Assembly (NCBI GenBank): GCA_034440375.1
Contig: JAWXBZ010000184.1
Span: forward strand, 1-30,073
Length of the DNA: 30,073 nucleotides
Direction of reading: 5' to 3'
From: Candidatus Eiseniibacteriota bacterium
GTDB lineage: Bacteria > Eisenbacteria > RBG-16-71-46 > JABDJR01 > JAWXBZ01
A program made the position numbers and the translations under genes. Shown here piece by piece: positions 25,160 through 30,073 of this stretch (positions are counted from its first letter, which is position 1; every line of letters begins with the position of its first letter). Below the pieces are notes generated by a model, which had not been told where the DNA came from, ran no database searches, and saw only the letters and a program-made list of their open reading frames with translations.

Positions 25160-26706
25160 CGGCACGGCAACGCACCGCCGGCCGTACCTCATTCGTTTCG
25201 GTTGTCCTCCAGATCCTGACCATGGTCCTGATGGCCGGCAGCGGACCCGCCTGCTCCGGAAAGGAAGTCGGGCCCCGCGTCGGCAATCTGCGACTCACCA
25301 TTCAACAGACACCGGCGCCCATTGACATCGACCTGGGTGATATTGATTCGCTTCTTGTCACCATCATGGGCGCCACGGATGGCCAGGTCGATTCCACCTA
25401 CCTGATTTCGCCGCCGCCGCCGTCCTTTGGCGGGGTGATGCTGGTCGACCTCGAGCTCCCCTCGGCGGCCGATCGATCCGTGGTTGTCCGGGCCTCAGGC
25501 GGCCGGCCGGTTGGGGGGGCGGCCGTTGCCACGTCGTCTCGCGGCGTCCTGTGGCGGGGCGTTTCAGAATCCTTCGATATCGACACGGGTGGATCGAGCG
25601 GCGTGACCATTCCGCTCTCGCCGTTCGTGGCCGCCTTTCAGTCGGTTCAGTTCATGGACGACGGGGCACGTCACCGAATTTTCTGGAATCGCGTGCCGGG
25701 CGCGACCCGCTGGCGGCTGTCGATTCGCGAGGACGCCATGCCCCTCCGCGACACGCTCCTGGTTGACACGACTTTTGCCGCCACCCGCCTGCCCGTCGCC
25801 TACCAGGTGATCGCTTTGGACGCCACGGCCGCCGCCGGCGCTCCGGGTGACATCCTCGAGCCGGGGCTGCTCCTGCCCGGTGTGCCGGTCAACCTCCGAT
25901 TGACGCCGCGCAGTGGCGAGCGAGTTGACGTCCGCTGGGCGACCGGCGGTGGATTCGTCGCGGCCTGGGAACTGGAACGCCGCGCCGAGGAGGCGGGGTT
26001 CCTTCCGCGGGTGACGCTCGCTGTTGACACGACGAGCTTCGCCGATACGACGGTGGTTGATGGCCGACGATTCGAATACCGGGTCCGCGCCCGCAACAGC
26101 CGGGGCGTGTCCGGCTGGACGAATAGCGTGGCCGCCGTGGCTCCGCTCAACGAGCCGTCCGACATGGTCCTGACCCGGACAGATCTTGAAATCGCGCTGG
26201 GTTGGGTCGATCGCTCGCTGTCTGAAACCAGCTATGAAGTGGAACGTGCCAATGGCGGCGGCGGGTTCGGGCCCCTGGTCACCCTGTCGGTCAATGCCTC
26301 GGGCTGGGTCGACGCACCCCTGGCTGAGAATACCCGTTATCGGTACCGGGTCCGGACGGTTCGGGGTCTGCTCGAGTCCCGATGGTCCGACGTGGTGGAA
26401 GCCACGACGCCTCTCTTCGTTCCCTCGTCGCCCGGGGGGCTCCTTGCACAGGCGATCACACCGAGCCAGATCAACCTGGGCTGGGGACCGGCGCGAGGGA
26501 TCGTGGCCGGATATGAAATCGAACGCCGCGTGCCGGGTGGGGAGTTTGGCTACCGGGATACCGTTGCGGGAGATATCGTCGTCTACGCCGACTTCGGCCT
26601 CGCGCCGGCAACGACCCTCGAATATCGGGTTCGGGCTCGAAACGCTTCCGGCGCCGGCGCGTGGAGCAACGTGGCCGCGGCCACCACTTTTCCCGCGCCG
26701 CGCTGA
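25156..26706 (+). CDS. Fibronectin type III repeat protein, probable lipoprotein
   Basis: Hydrophobic N-terminus ending GPAC and three clear Fn3 repeats (W...YRVRARN..G.S.W). ATGA overlap with the PP2C stop. Confidence 0.82.
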   Translation: MTARQRTAGRTSFVSVVLQILTMVLMAGSGPACSGKEVGPRVGNLRLTIQQTPAPIDIDLGDIDSLLVTIMGATDGQVDSTYLISPPPPSFGGVMLVDLELPSAADRSVVVRASGGRPVGGAAVATSSRGVLWRGVSESFDIDTGGSSGVTIPLSPFVAAFQSVQFMDDGARHRIFWNRVPGATRWRLSIREDAMPLRDTLLVDTTFAATRLPVAYQVIALDATAAAGAPGDILEPGLLLPGVPVNLRLTPRSGERVDVRWATGGGFVAAWELERRAEEAGFLPRVTLAVDTTSFADTTVVDGRRFEYRVRARNSRGVSGWTNSVAAVAPLNEPSDMVLTRTDLEIALGWVDRSLSETSYEVERANGGGGFGPLVTLSVNASGWVDAPLAENTRYRYRVRTVRGLLESRWSDVVEATTPLFVPSSPGGLLAQAITPSQINLGWGPARGIVAGYEIERRVPGGEFGYRDTVAGDIVVYADFGLAPATTLEYRVRARNASGAGAWSNVAAATTFPAPR

Positions 26707-26735
26707 GCTTCGGAGTCGTATAATTCCGGCGCATC

Positions 26736-29054
26736 ATGATGCCCCTTCGAACACGACTCCAAAAGGCCGGCCCGGCGCTATTCCTCTTCCTCCTGGCGTA
26801 CGCTTGCCCGGCGGTTGCCAATTCGCCCCCGGCCGCCCCGGTTTTCATCGAACCCGATCCATCGGATGTCGTTTCGGCGTTTGATCCGCACTTCAACCTC
26901 TTCCCATTCGCCGATCCCGATCCACTGGATCAACCCGCGCACTCCGATTGGGAAGTGTGGGACGACCTCCTGAACGTTCGCGTCTGGGCCGACCTGGCCG
27001 AGTCGGTCAGCGTCGAACATGTCCACCTGCGGGACGGCCTTCTGGAAGGGGCTTTGGCCGGGGAGAGCCACTTCGCGGCCAGCCGCGCCTATCGCGTGCG
27101 AGCCCGCTATGTCGACGACAGTGGCCAACCCAACGCTACCGGGGCCTGGAGCGCCTGGGTGCCCTTCACGACCGACTCACTCGACGCCGTGTTTCCGCTT
27201 CGCGTGCAGGATGTCCTGGCCGATACGACGCTGATCTTCCGCAAGGAGAACGGCGAACCTGTCGACCTGCCGGACGGTGGGACGCCGGCCACGCTCACCA
27301 TGCGAACATCCGCCGGCCGACTGCTGACCCTGACCGGCACGCCCGACAGTGCGTATGCCATCGACAATCCACTCATCCTGTTTGGTGACGAGCCGGTCCG
27401 GGTGGTCGTCCGGAGCGGGAGCGCGCCGCTGCTGCTGTCGAACACCACGCTCGAGTTCGCCAACCAGAATGCGGATCGCCGCTCCATCTACCTGCCTGTC
27501 CTCTACCTGGCCGCGAACGATTCGCTCCACTTCTGGGTCAGCGAGACCGGAGCCACCTGGTTCGGTTCGGCGACCCAGCCGAATCCGGTCTTCAACATGC
27601 CGGCGCGCGATGTGCCGGTTCCCTGGTTCCTGACCCGCGCCGGCGATCGGGTCGAGCGGGTGGCCTCCGGTTTTCATCTCCCGGTGAACCTGGCCTTCCT
27701 GCCGGACCCGGCGCCAGGATCCATGGATGCGCTGTTCTACGTGACCGAACTCTACGGACGCATCCGGGTTGTGACGCGGAACTACACGGTGATGACCCTG
27801 ATCGACGGACTCCTGAATTTCGATCCCGTGGGCGGATTTCCCGGTTCGGGTGAGATGGGTGTGAGTGGCATCGTTTACGATCCATCCCTTCGCTCACTCT
27901 TCGTGACGCATGTCTATGACTCGCTCGGAATCAAGTACAACCGGGTGATCCGGTTGGCGTTGTCGCCCGACCGGAAGAGCGTGACGGGTTACCTTCGCCT
28001 ATTTGAAGGGGTCCTGGCCTCGGCCAGCCACCAGATCAGCGCGGTGACCATCGGGCCGGACAACCATTTGTACGTCAACATCGGTGACGGCTTCGTCTCC
28101 TCCTCGGCCCAGAATCCAGGCGACCTTCGGGGCAAGATTCTGCGCATGACGAAATCCGGCGCCATTCCGTCCGATAACCCGTTTCCCGGCACCTATCTTT
28201 ATGCCATCGGATTTCGCAATCCGTTCGGCGCCGCCTGGCAACCGGAAACGGGACGTCTTTTCATCAGCGACAACGGCGACAACGCGAACGATCGCCTGGT
28301 GAAGGTCGTGCCGGGATCGAATTACGGCTGGTGCTGCGACATGACGCGTGGCGCCATCATCAACTTCACGCCGACGGTGGCCCCGGTGGCGCTGACCTTC
28401 CTGCCGCCCGGGATCCTCTCGGCCGGTTGGGAGAACCGCCTCTTCCTCAACTGGTCGGGGCCCGCCTATCGACCGGGGCCGTCGACGCGCGGCAAGCAGA
28501 TCTGGACCTACACGCTCAATGACACCGGCAAGGTCGTCTCCTCCGAGCGATTCCTCCGCTATGTCGGCAACGGCTACGCCACCTGCCTGGGCCTGGCGGT
28601 CGGGCCCGACGGACTTTACTTCTCCGACCTTTATGGCGAGGAAGGCTTCAACGAGGCCGGCGTCACGAACGCCAGCATCTACCGAATCCAGGCGGGGAAC
28701 GTGTCGAGCTTGCCGGTCGATCCACCGCCGGGGCTGCCGGTCGACCCGCCGGGAGGGAACCTGCCGCCGCGCATCCGGCTGACGGCGGCGCCGAATCCAT
28801 TCGGTTCGAGCGTCGATCTACACCTCGTGCTCACGGCCGACGTGGAGGGTGAGCTGTCGATCCTTGACGTGGCCGGACGGCTCGTCCGAAAGGGAGATGC
28901 CGGCCGCTGGCCGCAAGGCGACTCACGCTGGACCTGGGATGGCACCGACGATCGCGGTCGATCGGTGGCGGATGGCGTCTACTTCGCGCGGTTCACGACG
29001 ACGGCGGGAGAGCCGACGGCGATCAAGATCTTTCGCGCCGCCCGGATCCGCTGA
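26736..29054 (+). CDS. PQQ-dependent sugar dehydrogenase (GSDH-like beta-propeller) with N-terminal extension and C-terminal FlgD-like Ig domain
   Basis: GPDNHLYV.IGD...AQNP..LRGKILR...PSDNPF...AIGFRNPFG and NYGW, signal peptide, and C-terminal PNPF...DVAGRLVR...WDGTDDRGRSVADGVYF. TATAAT lies at 26719..26724. Confidence 0.88.
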   Translation: MMPLRTRLQKAGPALFLFLLAYACPAVANSPPAAPVFIEPDPSDVVSAFDPHFNLFPFADPDPLDQPAHSDWEVWDDLLNVRVWADLAESVSVEHVHLRDGLLEGALAGESHFAASRAYRVRARYVDDSGQPNATGAWSAWVPFTTDSLDAVFPLRVQDVLADTTLIFRKENGEPVDLPDGGTPATLTMRTSAGRLLTLTGTPDSAYAIDNPLILFGDEPVRVVVRSGSAPLLLSNTTLEFANQNADRRSIYLPVLYLAANDSLHFWVSETGATWFGSATQPNPVFNMPARDVPVPWFLTRAGDRVERVASGFHLPVNLAFLPDPAPGSMDALFYVTELYGRIRVVTRNYTVMTLIDGLLNFDPVGGFPGSGEMGVSGIVYDPSLRSLFVTHVYDSLGIKYNRVIRLALSPDRKSVTGYLRLFEGVLASASHQISAVTIGPDNHLYVNIGDGFVSSSAQNPGDLRGKILRMTKSGAIPSDNPFPGTYLYAIGFRNPFGAAWQPETGRLFISDNGDNANDRLVKVVPGSNYGWCCDMTRGAIINFTPTVAPVALTFLPPGILSAGWENRLFLNWSGPAYRPGPSTRGKQIWTYTLNDTGKVVSSERFLRYVGNGYATCLGLAVGPDGLYFSDLYGEEGFNEAGVTNASIYRIQAGNVSSLPVDPPPGLPVDPPGGNLPPRIRLTAAPNPFGSSVDLHLVLTADVEGELSILDVAGRLVRKGDAGRWPQGDSRWTWDGTDDRGRSVADGVYFARFTTTAGEPTAIKIFRAARIR

Positions 29055-29073
29055 TCGAAGCGATCCGATCGAA

Positions 29074-29574
29074 TCAGTGCGGCTTCGGCGCCTGGAACGC
29101 CAGCCAGCGCAGCGACATCGAACCGACGCCCAGTTCCTCGCCGTCGGGCAAATCCTGCCAGGCCAGCTTGCCGGTGGCGGCGAGGCGCCGGCAGCTCCGA
29201 ACGCCATCCGGGCGGACCAGGATCCGGATGTTTCCCTCGTTGGAGGCGCCTTCCACCAGCCGCAGGCGACCGGGTGCCGCATCAACGAAGCCGAGCATCT
29301 CACCGGTGTCGCGCAGTTCGATCCAGCTCCGGGTGATGTTGTTCGGCAGATCGAGCTGCGCCCCGGAGAGCAGCAGGACGCCGCGGAGCATCGGCGGACC
29401 GTTCCAGGCGGGGGCTTCAGGCCAGGTCTGTTTTGGACAGGCGGCGCATTCCCGCTCGCCCGGGGCCAGGATGTGGCCGTTGTCGCACAGTTCGATCGGC
29501 GTGACCGGGCGTCCGCAGTTCAGGCAGGCGGCGGTCCAGGCGGCGTTGTCGGCGTAGCACGATTCGCACTTCAT
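29074..29574 (-). CDS. Zinc-ribbon protein with a degenerate FHA-like C-terminal region
   Basis: CESC...CLNC and CDNGH...CAAC metal-binding pairs, C-terminal LPDGEELGVG, and ATGA overlap with the upstream FHA gene. Confidence 0.7.
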   Translation of the reverse strand: MKCESCYADNAAWTAACLNCGRPVTPIELCDNGHILAPGERECAACPKQTWPEAPAWNGPPMLRGVLLLSGAQLDLPNNITRSWIELRDTGEMLGFVDAAPGRLRLVEGASNEGNIRILVRPDGVRSCRRLAATGKLAWQDLPDGEELGVGSMSLRWLAFQAPKPH

Positions 29575-30073
29575 CGGGTGGCTTCACCGGGGACGGGAAT
29601 GATCTCGACCTGGAACCGGTCGGTCTTTTCCTTCCAGTTCGGATCCTTGAAGGAGTTGTCGTCGAGGCCGAAGACGATCGAATCGGCTCCCTCGAAGGTG
29701 TGGACCTCGGGGGGCGCGCCACTGGCCCGGCGGGAGTGTCGCCGGGTCTTGACGAAATAGAGGCCGTTAGTCGAGAGATCTGTCACCCGGATGGTGCCGT
29801 CTTTGCCGATCCGGATGACGGCGTGTCGACGGGAGATGTGCGAGTAGTCGCTCGTGGCAGGGAAGAGGTGGTGGCCGGTCGGCGCCGCCGTCAGCTCGCC
29901 CTCCACCGGCACTTCCTCCGGCAGCGGGGCCTTGCCGACGAAGAAGACATCGGATTCCCGCATCGGGTACATGCGACCGAGCCGGGGATCGGGGAAGCCG
30001 CTCTTGGCATCGCCCATTTCGGAGTAGAAGACCAGGAACCCGACGACCGGGTTGAGTTCGGGCTCGGTCGCAT
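29571..30073 (-). CDS. FHA domain protein (5' end outside the window)
   Basis: FVGK...ISRRHA...DLSTNG FHA motifs. The frame stays open to the window edge and reads ATEPELNPVVGFLVFYSEM upstream of the track's start. Confidence 0.8.
   Translation of the reverse strand, partial: ATEPELNPVVGFLVFYSEMGDAKSGFPDPRLGRMYPMRESDVFFVGKAPLPEEVPVEGELTAAPTGHHLFPATSDYSHISRRHAVIRIGKDGTIRVTDLSTNGLYFVKTRRHSRRASGAPPEVHTFEGADSIVFGLDDNSFKDPNWKEKTDRFQVEIIPVPGEATR

Overview
High-GC bacterial chromosomal window, densely coding, with about 25 genes. There are no rRNA, tRNA or CRISPR features and no recognisable transposase or integrase. FlgD/T9SS-like C-terminal domains, a beta-helix remnant and a kinase-TolB-TPR protein suggest an FCB-related candidate phylum such as Eisenbacteria (inference only). 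Contents in order: a minus-strand run (rhodanese, degenerate GH13, redoxin lipoprotein, TPR protein, M20 peptidase, CDP-alcohol phosphatidyltransferase), SAM methyltransferase, TPR-SLH protein, DUF2752, FAD oxidoreductase, icd, PLP dehydratase, Ser/Thr kinase, Phd/RelE-type toxin-antitoxin pair, M48 peptidase, tryptophan 2,3-dioxygenase, DUF1800/DUF1501 pair, PP2C phosphatase, Fn3 protein, PQQ-type sugar dehydrogenase, and FHA/zinc-ribbon proteins. The main finding is that two ORFs the track splits (4532..4813 and 4184..4495) are in frame across a single TGA lying in a thioredoxin-type UxxC motif (T-U-G-Y-C) and followed by a SECIS-like hairpin, which predicts a 194-aa selenocysteine-containing lipoprotein. 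Other signals are a secreted GH13 lacking catalytic residues, a duplicated perfect 20-bp palindrome at the left edge, and several apparently leaderless genes.
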